Assembly: GCA_965235115.1 (NCBI GenBank)
Contig: OZ249436.1
Location: 45,262,001-45,326,000, forward strand
Direction: 5' to 3'
DNA length: 64,000 nt
DNA from: Laetmonice hystrix
Lineage: Eukaryota
The notes under the pieces were generated by a model. That model saw only the letters and a program-made list of their open reading frames with translations, searched no databases and was not told the DNA's origin. Below are positions 23,257-36,641 of this stretch, piece by piece. The position numbers and the translations under genes were made by a program. Positions within the stretch are counted from its first letter, which is position 1. Every line of letters begins with the position of its first letter.

Positions 23257-25057
23257 CATACAAACAGCTGTCTCTGCACACAGGGGACCTCTAACAGGAC
23301 TGGTGGATCCCCACTGTGAGCCTCCATACAACCAGCTGTATCTGTACACAGGGGACCTCTAACAGGACTGGTGGATCTCTACTGTGGGTCTCCATACAAC
23401 CAGCTGTCTCTGTACACAGGGGACCTCTAACAGGACTGGTGGATCTCTACTGTGGGTCTCCATACAACCAGCTGTCTGTGTACACAGGGGACCTCTAACA
23501 GGACTGGTGGATCTCCACTGTGGGTCTCCACACAACCAGCTGTCTCTGTACACAGGGGACCTCTAACAGGACTGGTGGATCTCCACTGTGGGTCTCCATA
23601 CAATCAGCTGTGTCTGTACACAGGGGACCTCTAACAGGACTGGTGGATCTCCACTGTGGGTCTCCATACAATCAGCTGTGTCTGTACACAGGGGACCTCT
23701 AACAGGACTGGTGGATCTCCACTGTGGGTCTCCATACAACCAGCTGTATCTGTACACAGGGGACCTCTAACAGGACTGGTGAATCTCCACTGTGGGTCTC
23801 CATACAACCAGCTGTCTCTGTACACACGGGACCTCTAACAGGACTGCTGGATCTCCACTGTGGGCCTCCATACAACCAGCTGTCTCTGTACACAGGGGAC
23901 CTCTAACAGGACTGCTGGATCTCCACTGTGGGCCTCCATACAATCAGCTGTCTCTGTACACAGGGGACCTCTAACAGGACTGGTGGATCTCTACTGTGGG
24001 CCTCCATACAACCAGCTGTCTCTGTACACAGGGGACCTCTAACAGGACTGGTGGATCTCCCCTGTGGGTCTCCACACAACCAGCTGTCTCTGTACACAGG
24101 GGACCTCTAACAGGACTGCTGGATCTCCACTGTGGGTCTCCATACAATCAGCTGTCTCTGTACACAGGGGACCTCTAACAGGACTTGTGGATCCCCACTG
24201 TGAGCCTCCATACAACCAGCTGTCTCTGTACACAGGGGACCTCTAACAGGACTGGTGGATCTCCCCTGTGGGTCTCCACACAACCAGCTGTCTCTGTACA
24301 CAGGGGACCTCTAACAGGACTGCTGGATCTCCACTGTGGGTCTCCATACAACCAGCTGTCTCTGTACACAGGGGACCTCTAACAGGACTGCTGGATCTCT
24401 ACTGTGGGTCTCCACACAACCAGCTGTCTCTGTACACAGGGGACCTCTAACAGGACTGGTGGATCGCCACTGTGGGTCTCCATACAACCAGCTGTCTCTG
24501 TACACAGGGGACCTCTAACAGGACTGGTGGATCTCCACTGTGGGTCTCCATACAACCAGCTGTCTCTGTACACAGGGGACCTCTAACAGGACTGGTGGAT
24601 CTCCACTGTGGGCCTCCATACAATCAGCTGTCTGTGTACACAGGGGACCTCTAACAGGACTGGTGGATCTCTACTGTGGGCCTCCATACAATCAGCGGTC
24701 TCTGTACACAGGGGACCTCTAACAGGGCTGGTGGATCTCCACTGTGGGTCTCCATACAATCAGCTGTCTGTGTACACAGGGGACCTCTAACAGGACTGGT
24801 GGATCTCTACTGTGGGCCTCCATACAACCAGCTGTCTCTGTACACAGGGGACCTCTAACAGGACTGGTGGATCTCCACTGTGGGCCTCCATACAACCAGC
24901 TGTCTCTGTACACAGGGGACCTCTAACAGGGCTGGTGGATCTCCATGCACTGTCTATGGGCCTCCATACAACCAGCTGTCTCTGTACACAGGCGACCTCT
25001 AACAGGACTGGTGGATCGCCACTGTGGGTCTCCACACAACCAGCTGTATCTGTACAC
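23257..25057. repeat. 68-bp minisatellite, ~26 copies
   Basis: ORF track recurs every 68 bp; unit contains the inverted repeat GTGGA-TC-TCCAC. Confidence 0.97.
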
Positions 25058-26105
25058 CGGGCCGGCGTCGTGGGAGACCTCCAGCGGGACATGATGATTA
25101 TAACCTATGACAACCAGCGGAGGATAAAGACATACTTCATAGACTGTGTTTTAATCACACCTGTTTGATCAGTATATCAACTACAAAGGTATGTACATCC
25201 TTTTCTCATAAATAAATCTGTTGTACCCGAGAACCCGATGTGTGTGGAATCACATTCATATTCATGATATGTTATGATTCGCTTGATATGATTGAGGTTC
25301 CTGTCACTTTCTGACACCTGAACTGACCTTTACATCAAACGGTACCTCAATCAATGTTACCTGTAATGATAGGGGTGGTAGCAGTAACAACGGTGAGTGT
25401 GCTAAATTAGAAAAATGTCATTGGATGACCTCGTTCATAAATATCTTTGTGAGTGTCCTTGAAGATATCGGGGCTTATTGAATCATAAACATCAGGGTTT
25501 CTGAGTAGATTGGATCGGGTATTTATAGAAGTCTCATGACTGGTGAGGTTTGTGAGCATGAGGCCTCAGCTCGGAGCCACCCTAAAATGGACCCCCAATG
25601 GTGAAATGTAGGCTGGAGACCGGAGGTCGACCTATCATACCGACAAATTCCGCCCACAAGAAACTGGGATATATTATTAAGCTGTAAAAGAATCACAATA
25701 TTCGCTCGGCTATGTTTCCAGGGAAAGGTCAGGGCTTTGATTGATGAGAGTTATCCAATTAACGAGTGATACATGATACTACTAAGTGTAGCACTATATT
25801 GGTCAAAGAATGTAAGTAGTATCGTATTTACTGTGCCCATAATGTGGTTCAGATCCCTGCTGCCTAGGGCAACATGTGATCGACTCAGGGGTCTGTAGCA
25901 TTAAAGCATTAAATCTCTTTTTTGTGTCTTATGTTTCACTTTGCGATCAATATGCATTAGAAATGTAAGGGTAGTCTGTCTCTCTCTCTCTCTCTCTCGT
26001 TTACTAAGTGGTCTGACCGCAGGGTCGGACGACTTGGGGCGGCTGGAGTAGACTGCCATATTAACATACCCACGAAATGTGGTCGTAAGAACTAAAGATA
26101 TAAAA

Positions 26106-26430
26106 CCTATCCCTAACCCTATCCCTGCCCCTGCCCCTGCCCCTATCCCTGTCCCTGCCCCTGCCCCTATCCCTGCCCCAACCATATCCCTGCCCCTAAC
26201 CCTATCCCTGCCCCTAACCCTAACCCTATCCCTGCCCCTGCCCCTGCCCCTGCCCCTATCCCTGCCCCTGCCCCTGCCCCTGCCCCTAACCCTATCCCTG
26301 CCCCTAACCCTATCCCTAACCCTAACCCTATCCCTGCCCCTAACCCTATCCCTGCCCCTAACCCTGCCCCTAACCCTAGCCCTGCCCCTAACCCTAGCCC
26401 TGCCCCTAACCCTAACCCTAATCCTAACCC
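26106..26430. repeat. Degenerate telomere-like hexamers (CCCTAA/CCCTGC/CCCTAT)
   Basis: Direct reading. Confidence 0.92.
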
Positions 26431-27579
26431 GGCACCCCGGCCTCAGACCTTTGGACATACCAAAGCCTTTGATGACCAAGTTGTGGAGCACTGGGCAGAG
26501 CCAGTGAGGAAAATGGTACTGGAATGATGCAAATCCGTCTGTGTCACACAGATGATTCTGCAATCCAACCCTCGACCACTTCCCCATACCTGACCTCGCC
26601 CCATTTGTCGCCGTTTATGAACGTCCAGGGGTTGAGCTGAGGCTCATTCTTAGCCCTGATCCCCAAGGGTGTGATGCTGTTGGAACGTAAGCCTCTGATG
26701 TAAATGAACGATCGTGACAAATATGATAGACGGGAGAAGAGTGTCTATTAAAGAAAGATTTCGCGTCAGGTCATAATTTGTCAAATCGTTTTTACATGCT
26801 GGTACAGATTAATTGGAGTTACGGGAACGGTAAAATGTCTGTGGACGGTTTCCGTAGCAGCAGACTCATGGCCGCAGTCCACGCACGGGAAGGATACTTT
26901 GATATTAAAGGTCCCCTAGTTACTCTCCCCCCGTTCCAGTTAGTCAATGTGTACCCACATGTGAAATATGATGTCTCACAGGCGCTGCAATGTCGAGAAA
27001 ACCGTGAAAGTGTGCTCCAGCCGGGGTCCCGAGTAAACACTGTCCATGTTATTGTTGTTGAGTTCAAATCTGCCGCTGTCGACAAATGGCGCTATGACTG
27101 ACGTCATTGCATCAACCATCCCATAATACCCCGCTAGGCCGCTTCCGGGGAATGCCCCACCGCCCCACCGCCCCACGCCCCGCAACACACGCTGGGCCAT
27201 TTCAGTCGATGCTCGCACCTCGGTACGTGGAGGAGCAAACTAGTACTGGTATTGGCTATAGACTATATACTAAGATAAAATATTCATCGCTCATCCTCTG
27301 CTGAGAAAACGGGGCTTGTTGTAGGCCTAGTGGCTACACTAAAACGGTTGTCAGAGGAGTCTGCTACGCGAGGAGTGTGCTCGGTGTGCTACTCGTTCTG
27401 TGCTACGCGACTCAGCCGAGCTGCCGAGGCCCCGGTGCCCGTTAACACGCGCATAAGGAGGGGTGCTATTTACTCGAACTTTACACTAGCATATAATATT
27501 TCTATGTTGTAGACTCTAGTCTAAGTCTGATAACGATGCGTAGCGTAGTTTATGAAAAATCGCGAGTTCAAAATGAGTG

Positions 27580-27910
27580 TGTGCCAGCGGCAGCCTTCCC
27601 ACCCGCGGGGCGAACCGTGACGCCGCCGTCCCTCTCAGAGCACCGCCGTTCGTCGGGCTGCCACTCACTGACTCAGTGACACGTTCGGCAGGCGAGGGCC
27701 GGGGTGGGGGGTGTCTGTGTGTGTCGGGACCGCAGTAGGGGGCCCGGAGCCCGTTCCCCTAACATGCCTAACCTCCTGTTCGCTGTCCGCCATTTTCCGC
27801 GTGCTCCTCTCGGGAAGTAGATGCAGTCACGTGGTTATGCGCGCGCATCGACGGAATTCCCCCGTTACCCAGCCGAGGCAACATGGCAAAATGGCGCGGA
27901 GACGCAGGCA
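27580..27910. promoter_or_regulatory. CpG-rich promoter-like region
   Basis: YY1-type motifs on opposite strands (CCGCCATTTT ~27787, AAAATGGCG ~27888) and E-box GTCACGTG ~27826. Confidence 0.5.
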
Positions 27911-28394
27911 TGATACTATCATGGTACATCGTCGGTTCTCACAGTAAATCGGGTTGGTTCCACTCCAATTTATTACGATAAGTGCAGGGGATCCATATGG
28001 GAGGGGTCAACTTCCTGGGGCGAAGAAATAGTGCCACTTTAATATCAAAGGTACTTGTGAAGTGTAATATAATTCTTTTGATGGATAGCTCTAGGGTAAA
28101 CCATCTGCGCTAACAGAGTGATATTTCATGTTGAATGTGATGGTTGAGATATTCCCTGCAAGGTATGTGTGTGTGATCACGAAACCTTAGCAACCCGTAC
28201 CCGTATAGGTACTTTACTCTGACGGACCAACATGATGGCGGACCCTACTCAAACACCGACAGGTATATATAGAGTGGGCACTACCCGAACGTTGTCACCA
28301 TAACAACAGTACTCATGACATTGGTGAAGCGTTGCTCCATCGAGCCACGAATGGGAGAGGGAGAGAGATTATGAGAATGGAGAGTCAGTGTTCA

Positions 28395-28664
28395 AGGGGC
28401 GGACCATTTGATACGTGGAGGGGGCTATGGTTAAAAAAAATCTGTTCACCAAACACAGGGGAAAAAATAGTTTGCTCATCAAACTACATAAAAAAAAGTT
28501 TGTTCCATATGTAAAAAAAATATGTAGTATAGTCGAAATGGGGGAAAATAGTTTGATTAATGGTCACAGCGAAAAAAAGGATAGCTTCGGCCTGGGGGCA
28601 AAAAAAGTTTGCTCATGAAGAATGAAGAAAAACCTAGCCCCCCGGTATTAAATGGTCGGCCCCT
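28395..28664. mobile_element. MITE with 20-bp TIR AGGGGCSGACCATTTRATAC
   Basis: Inverted ends with two mismatches; A-rich interior. Confidence 0.78.
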
Positions 28665-30378
28665 GTTATCGACGTCAGAGGTGAATGGAATCGCACCCGT
28701 TCACTGCTGTGGCATGCTCAGATTCACCCCTAACGATTACGTAGAAGATGATTGATGAGATTTTGACATGAGCAGGAGGGGGTAGGAGGGTGGGGGTGGG
28801 GGTGGGGGTGGGGGTGGGGGTGGGGGTAGGAAGGTCAGCTTGTGTGCATGTACGTTCAGGAAGAGTCCATTTTACCACGTGGTTCAGGTGATGCAGACAA
28901 GTGTTCCAAACCAGAATGTTCACCTGGTTCATTAGGGGATGTCGCACTCGCTGGGAGAGCACAATGCGGTATCATAGGGACTGTGGTAACGGATAATAGG
29001 CGTGGCGGTACCCGGCTTGATGTGATCAAGGTTAGTATGTTAATACCTGTACAGTGCCTGCCTCTAATGGTTGTAATGGAGCGGATGGGGAGGGAAATGG
29101 CTTGTAAACAAGGCCACATTATCGGGATGTTTGAGAAGGACATCATAAATCAATCCTCTCATATCAAATGGATCTCATTTAGATGAGGCATGTAACTTTG
29201 ATTGCAATTAATTAAACTACAGATTAAACGGAAGGATAATGTATACATGCAGTATTAAATGTGTAGGAAAAAAATCGTGATCGCCTTTTCATATGCTGTT
29301 GGTATCATTTATTCATATTAGGCAATTAATTTAATGTGGAAACGATCGAGAGTTTATAACTCTCAGTAAATCATGTGTATAGGGCGGTCTGAACCACCAC
29401 ATACCACTAAAAGTTCCCATCCTGGTCAGCAACCCAAGGTAAAGCTTAGACATTCAGAAAGTATAAAGAAAATATTTGGTAGGCCAAGCCCCAGGCCTGA
29501 AGGCATGGGAAACGGTAAAGATGCACGTTATGCTCCTTACTTACCATTTAGGAAACATGTGTTCAGATTGAGAAAATCGAGAATCCCGATTATTGGGTTC
29601 TAAATGAACCAGACTCGCCACGAATTACATGTTCTCTCTATTTAATCACGAGTCTAAAAGAATCAAAAGTCACAAACAAACTCTCACGTTCTGGTGGATC
29701 AAGGACGCGAGGCTTGTTTAGCGGCGGTGTTAAAATGTAAAGGCGTCACGTACATGTAGAGCTTTGCTCTGATATATGTTGATAGGAAACGCTGTCCTTG
29801 GCTGTGTAAATATTTCCCTGTCAAGGTAAACAGATCACTAGTTACTCAAGCCATGGAGCGGTACAGTCCTAACATATCATCTAAAAACACTGGAGGCGAG
29901 ACTTGAATACTGACCAAGTCATAACAGATAACTCTTAAATGCTAATGCGTTTTCAGGCAGAGGCCCGGGATGGTTTTATGTATAGTTAGGCCTATGTAGT
30001 AGGTTTATCAAATATATTTTAAATCTGCACTAACAGCGAACCTAAATATGTTCATAACTGAGGTCAGCTAGGTCATTTTTTATGTTTTCTTTCTCCAAGT
30101 CTCATGGTTTAGATTTCCGAGACTCCTATGTGAGACACTGAAAGTTGTATGGACTAGTTACCGTATAGAATTCCCATCGACTCTGAAATTATGAAAGTTA
30201 TAACTTGTGACAGATTTCGGATGACTGTTGCCGTTAATTTTTCCCGTTGTAGAGCAACGCGGGCGGTGCACATGTTAACCTTTCCATTCTATACAATAGC
30301 ATTGCTCCTCATCATTTATTGATGACAGTATTCAACATTTGGCCGCTATCATATTGACCTTTTGGCTGCCTTCATAAT

Positions 30379-30838
30379 CCGCGGCACAGCTGGGCACAGA
30401 TGGATTATTCCATACAGTTTGTGGTATCTGGATGGCGAGGGCAGGGAGGGAATTTGTGGGAGTATTCAAACCGTGGCACAGCTGGGCACAGATGGATTAT
30501 TCCATACAGTTTGTGGTATCTGGATGGCGAGGGCAGGGAGGGAATTTGTGGGAGTATTCAAACCGTGGCACAGCTGGGCACAGATGGATTATTCCATACA
30601 GTTTTCGGAGATTGGATGGCGAGGGCAGAGAGGGAGTTTGTGGGAATATTCAAACCGTGGCACAGTTGGGCACAGATGGATTATTCCATACAGTTTGTGG
30701 TATCTGGATGGCGAGGGCAGGGAGGGAATTTGTGGGAGTATTCAAACCGTGGCACAGCTGGGCACAGATGGATTATTCCATACAGTTTGTGGAGATTGGA
30801 TGGCGAGGGCAGACAGAGAGTTTGTGGGTATGCAAACC
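30379..30838. repeat. 92-bp tandem repeat x5
   Basis: GGCACAG... recurs at 30383, 30475, 30567, 30659 and 30751. Confidence 0.96.
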
Positions 30839-31344
30839 TAGAGAGGTTCTTCTTGTACTAGTCATTGCGAGGTACGTGTTGGTTGTGGGTCTGTCTTGAT
30901 CTAAATTAGGGAGTTTAAATTAGGGAGTTAGGACATTACAGAATGGGTTGTCAGAATATACATGGTAGGTCTGTGGAGTCACGGTGACCGTGATAGAAAT
31001 CGATCATCGTCGCTGATTGGACGAGCGCGGCATTGTAACCTAGAAACCTCGACCTTACTCTGGTCCCCTGCTCTAAATGCCGCTCCGCGAAGCGAGAGAG
31101 TCAGGGGACCCGCCTAGGCCACATTTAAATATGGGAAGGCAGGTCAGGGTGCTGACATCTGGTGGCATCAGCCCGAAGATGTATTTGTGTCCAGTCCGGA
31201 GAGGACGACTGGTGGTCGAGTCTCAGTACTGAGCACTTCTGTAAAGTCCAGTAAAAGCAGAAGTTGATGACTCGGATTCAGCCCAATGGGCCATATGATT
31301 ATGAAGTGGCCCGTGTTGTCCCATGATGGCCCATGCATGATGTC

Positions 31345-31397
31345 TCGTGGTGACCCGTGGTGACCCGTGGTGGCCCGTGGTGACCCGTGGTGACCCC
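31345..31397. repeat. 10-bp repeat TGACCCGTGG x~5
   Basis: Direct reading. Confidence 0.88.
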
Positions 31398-32536
31398 TAA
31401 TGGCGTGTGTTTCCGCTGTTTCCGCTGAACATAGCTGTATCCGAGCGCCATATTGAGCGCCATGTTCTGTAGATTCCAGGATCTCGTGAACGGATTCGGG
31501 TGAGAACAGACACTCTCACCAGGGGAGAAAAGTATGTATCTTGTATCAAAGGGATTTTGCAGAAACAGGCCAGAACAGCGTCATCTGCGACCTGTTTTGT
31601 AAGCGACCAACCAGATATCTATTCGTCTCTATGAAGGTTCCTGATTGGCTGACGCTCTCAAGTATCGGTACTGTGATTGGTTGAATGGATCTGCGGAAAC
31701 TGCCGCGAGATGTCAGTAAAGAAGAGGATAGCGCCGAGCAGAGCCGTGTGTGTACCCCGTAAAATATAGAAAATGTTAATGTTAACACTCCTATACCGTA
31801 CAGTTTTACTGATTTCTGGTACACACACCGTAACAAAGGGAGTCATAAACAGATCCAAAGCATGCGACCCAGTTGGCAGAGCTCCGACAAATACGACTTT
31901 ATGGTGTATGATTTGTTCCAAGAATTTATACAATAGGAAGCCGACTTCCTGCATTCAGGTGAATTCAGTGACCGTTGCAGGACGAGCTGGTGTAGCTATC
32001 AATGTTAGCTTTCCCTCGCCGGGTCAGGTTTGTTTTTACTCTATAACTTCAACAACAGAAATCGTACTTAACCTTAAAAAAAACCATTGATAATATTGGA
32101 AGTTCGCACTGCTACCAAAGGCTCGAATTTGGTGATGATGTTTATGGATATACAACCAAAGAATGTACAACTTTAGGTGGCGGAGCCAGTGGTGGGGGCA
32201 CAAACGTTCAGCCAAAAGATTTATTGAAATATTGTCAAATGTTGACCGGAAATACCTTCCAAAAGGATCCATCTCAAAGTCTTCTCTAAGGGAAGGGAAT
32301 TCTTACTGCAATGAATAGTTCAGGGCGCGCCCACCTACCGTCCCCTGGATCCACCGCTGCATGCTTAGGGCCGTATCTATATGAAGTCGGCCGGTCGGCC
32401 AAATTTTGACTTTACATAAAGTTTAGGGTTTGCCATAGTAGAAAAAATAAGGGAAGTTACGTCAATATTTTTGAACAGTTTTGAAATTGCATGAATATTC
32501 TGATTCGCCACGGCCCCCTGGAATCAATCGGCCTTC

Positions 32537-34846
32537 CCAGGCCGAGATGGCTGCATGCATGTGTCGGCTCCCCAGGCCAAGATGGCTGCATGCATTGTGT
32601 CGGCTCCCCAGGCCAAGATGGTTGCATGCATTGTGTCGGCTCCCCAGGCCGAGATGGCTGCATGCATGTGTCGGCTCCCCAGGCCAAGATGGCTGCATGC
32701 ATGTGTCGGCTCCCCAGGCCAAGATGGCTGCATGCATTGTGTCGGCTCCCCAGGCCAAGATGGCTGCATGCATTGTGTCGGCTCCCCAGGCCAAGATGGC
32801 TGCATGCATGTGTCGGCTCCCCAGGCCAAGATGGCTGCATGCATTGTGTCGGCTCCCAAGGCCAAGATGGCTGCATGCATGTGTCGGCTCCCCAGGCCGA
32901 GATGGCTGCATGCATGTGTCAGCTCCCCAGGCCGAGATGGCTGCATGCATGTGTCAGCTCCCCAGGCCGAGATGGCTGCATGCATTGTGTCGGCTCCCCA
33001 GGCCAAGATGGCTGCATGCATGTGTCGGCTCCCCAGGCCGAGATGGCTGCATGCATGTGTCAGCTCCCCAGGCCGAGATGGCTGCATGCATGTGTCGGCT
33101 CCCCAGGCCAAGATGGCTGCATGCATTGTGTCGGCTCCCCAGGCCAAGATGGCTGCATGCATTGTGTCGGCTCCCCAGGCCGAGATGGCTGCATGCATTG
33201 TGTCGGCTCCCCAGGCCGAGATGGCTGCATGCATTGTGTCAGCTCCCCAGGCCAAGATGGCTGAATGCATTGTGTCGGCTCCCCAGGCCGAGATGGCTGC
33301 ATGCATTGTGTCGGCTCGCCAGGCCGAGATGGCTGCATGCATTGTGTCGGCTCCCCAGGCCGAGATGGCTGCATGCATTGTGTCGGCTCCCCAGGCCGAG
33401 ATGGCTGCATGCATTGTGTCGGCTCCCCAGGCCAAGATGGCTGCATGCATTGTGTCAGCTCCCCAGGCCGAGATGGCTGCATGCATTGTGTCGGCTCCCC
33501 AGGCCAAGATGGCTGCATGCATGTGTCGGCTCCCCAGGCCAAGATGGCTGAATGCATGGGTCGGCTCCCCAGGCCAAGATGGCTGCATGCATTGTGTCGG
33601 CTCCCCAGGCCGAGATGGCTGCATGCATGGGTCGGCTCCCCAGGCCGAGATGGCTGCATGCATGTGTCAGCTCCCCAGGCCGAGATGGCTGCATGCATTG
33701 TGTCGGCTCCCCAGGCCGAGATGGCTGCATGCATTGTGTCGGCTCGCCAGGCCGAGATGGCTGCATGCATTGTGTCGGCTCCCCAGGCCGAGATGGCTGC
33801 ATGCATTGTGTCAGCTCCCCAGGCCGAGATGGCTGCATGCTTTGTGTCGGCTCCCTAGGCCGAGATGGCTGCATGCATTGTGTCGGCTCCCCAGGCCAAG
33901 ATGGCTGCATGCATTGGGTCGGCTCCCCAGGCCGAGATGGCTGCATGCATTGTGTCGGCTCCCCAGGCCAAGATGGCTGCATGCATTATGTCGGCTCCCC
34001 AGGCCGAGATGGCTGCATGCATGTGTCGGCTCTCCAGGCCAAGATGGCTGCATGCATTGTGTCGGCTCCCCAGGCCGAGATGGCTGCATGCATGTGTCGG
34101 CTCCCCAGGCCAAGATGGCTGCATGCATTGTGTCGGCTCCCCAGGCCAAGATGGCTGCATGCATTGTGTCAGCTCCCCAGGCCGAGATGGCTGCATGCAT
34201 TGTGTCGGCTCCCCAGGCCAAGATGGCTGCATGCATTGTGTCGGCTCCCCAGGCCAAGATGGCTGAATGCATGGGTCGGCTCCCCAGGCCGAGATGGCTG
34301 CATGCATGTGTCGGCTCCCCAGGCCAAGATGGCTGCATGCATTGTGTCGGCTCCCCAGGCCAAGATGGCTGCATGCATGTGTCGGCTCCCCAGGCCTAGA
34401 TGGCTGCATGCATGGGTCGGCTCCCCAGGCCGAGATGGCTGCATGCATTGTGTCGGCTCCCCAGGCCAAGATGGCTGCATGCATGTGTCGGCTCCCCAGG
34501 CCTAGATGGCTGAATGCATGGGTCGGCTCCCCAGGCCGAGATGGCTGCATGCATGTGTCGGCTCCCCAGGCCAAGATGGCTGAATGCATGGGTCGGCTCC
34601 CCAGGCCAAGATGGCTGAATGCATTGTGTCGGCTCGCCAGGCCGAGATGGCTGCATGCATGGGTCGGCTCCCCAGGCCGAGATGGCTGCATGCATGTGTC
34701 GGCTCCCCAGGCCAAGATGGCTGCATGCATTGTGTCGGCTCCCCAGGCCAAGATGGCTGCATGCATTGTGTCGGCTCGCCAGGCCGAGATGGCTGCATGC
34801 ATTGTGTCGGCTCCCCAGGCCGAGATGGCTGCATTGTGTCGGCTCC
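32537..34846. repeat. 35/36-bp minisatellite, ~65 copies
   Basis: CCAGGCCRAGATGGCTGCATGCAT(T)GTGTCGGCTCC, with interspersed 1-bp length variants. Confidence 0.98.
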
Positions 34847-35067
34847 CATGCAGGATGGGATAGTTGGCTCCGTGTAGGACTTGGCACCCATCATTGTTGG
34901 CATACTGTCATGTTCAACACTCACACTCACCGCGGTCTTACAAAAGGCGCATCGGCTTGGACCGCTCTGGTGACCATCCTGGGGGTATTCCCCCATGTGG
35001 ACATTCTCATCAAATAGGGGGTAGTGCAGGGATAGGGCTGCTATCGCTAGGGATTAGGATAAGACGG

Positions 35068-36092
35068 AATAAGGGTTAGGAATAGGTTGGGGGGCTAGGA
35101 ATAAGGACAGGGTTTTACAATAAGGATTATGATTATGTTGGGGGGGGGTAGGAATAGGGGCAAGGTTTTACAATAAGGATTATGATTATGTTGGGGGGGG
35201 TGGGGTAGGAACAGGGACAGGGTTTTACAATAAGGATTATGATTATGTTGGGGGAGGGGGTAGGAATAGGGGTAGGGTTTTACAATAAGGGTTAGGAATA
35301 GGTTGGGGGGGGGGGGGTAGGAATAGGGGCAGGGTTTTACACTAAGGGTTAGGAATAGGTTGGGGGGGGGTAGGGATAGGGGCAGGGTTTTACAATAAAG
35401 GTTAGGATTAGGTTGGAGGGTAGGAACAGGGGCTGGGTTTTACAATAAGGGTTAGGATTATGTTGGGAGGGGGGTAGGAATAGGGGCAGGGTTTTACAAT
35501 AAGGATTATGATTATGTTGGGAGGGGGGTGGAATAAGGGCAGAGTTTTACAATAAGGATTATGATTATGTTGGGGGGGGGGTAGGAATAGGGGCAGGGTT
35601 TTACAATAAGGGTTATGATTATGTTGGGGGGTATGAACAGGGGCATGGTTTTACAATAAGGGTTAGGAATAGGTTGGGGGGGGGGCTAGGAATAAGGGCA
35701 GGGTTTTACAATAAGGATTATGATTAGGTTGAGGGGTAGGAACAGGGGCAGGGTTTTACAATAAGGGTTAGGAATAGGTTGGGGGGGGGGGCTAGGAATA
35801 AGGGCAGGGTTTTACAATAAGGATTATGATTAGGTTGAGGGGTAGGAACAGGGGCAGGGTTTTACAATAAGGATTATGATTATGTTGGGGGGTGGGGTAG
35901 GAACAGGGGCAGGGTTTTACAATAAGGGTTAGGATTATGTTGGAAGGGGGGGGGTAGGAATAAGGGCAGGGTTTTACAATAAGGGTTAGGATTATGTTGG
36001 GAGGGGAGGGGGTAGGAATAAGGGCAGGGTTTTACAATAAGGGTTAGGATTATGTTGGGAGGGGGGGGGGGTAGGAATAAGGGCAGGGTTTT
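35068..36092. repeat. ~46-55-bp G-rich minisatellite with variable G run, ~20 copies
   Basis: GGAATAGGGGCAGGGTTTTACAATAAGGGTTAGGATTATGTT(G)nTA. Confidence 0.95.
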
Positions 36093-36641
36093 AGTTCCTA
36101 CCACAAGATTGCTGTAGATGACGGGGATCTAACACACTGCGATTGAACCCGGTCCGACTATTTAGTCGGAGAAAGTCGGCCGACTAAACGGTCGGTATGT
36201 GTATGCCGGGCTACTGAAGGGTTATCTTTTTTAGGATTGGATGAAACTATACCTCACAGATAGCATGCCTAATCTAAACAAAGAAAACAAGAAATATAAT
36301 ATTGTTCCAGAAAAGAACCAAGTAGAAAGCATCAAAAATCCGTGTTAAATGTAGACATTGTCAAATGCCTGTTCTATGAACGCTTTATCAGCGTGCACGT
36401 GCCTGACAGTTCGTACCCGCCGTGTACCTGATGGGATTGTGTCACCCAGTACCGTTCAACCAACGACACTGCCTGTATCAACACGGGGAGTTCGTCTCGA
36501 TCGCGGAGTCGGGCTTGTTGTACCTGCACCGACCAACCCCGCTATTTGTGTCCGTGTTCCCGACGGGTTTAAATGGGATTAGTGAGATGGTGATAAGTAC
36601 TGATAACTGTTATTTCATAAGAATGACGGATTGGTCACCCG

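Noticed and set aside
26106..26430. True telomere or chromosome fusion site
   Set aside because: Mostly variant hexamers, short, and similar patches are dispersed through the window.
26430..26486. AGCCTT..ATGACCAAGTTGT (and GACCAAGTTCTCTTT at ~52986) resembling the RNA's 3' end
   Set aside because: No upstream anchors or helices accompany them; consistent with chance matches.
29098..29186. QGHIIGMFE resembling a Tc1 transposase N-terminal helix
   Set aside because: Too short; no downstream HTH or DDE sequence and no TIRs.
32457..35017. Long ORFs up to 614 aa in several frames
   Set aside because: Open on both strands because the satellite unit is almost stop-free; 35/36-bp length variants scramble the frames.
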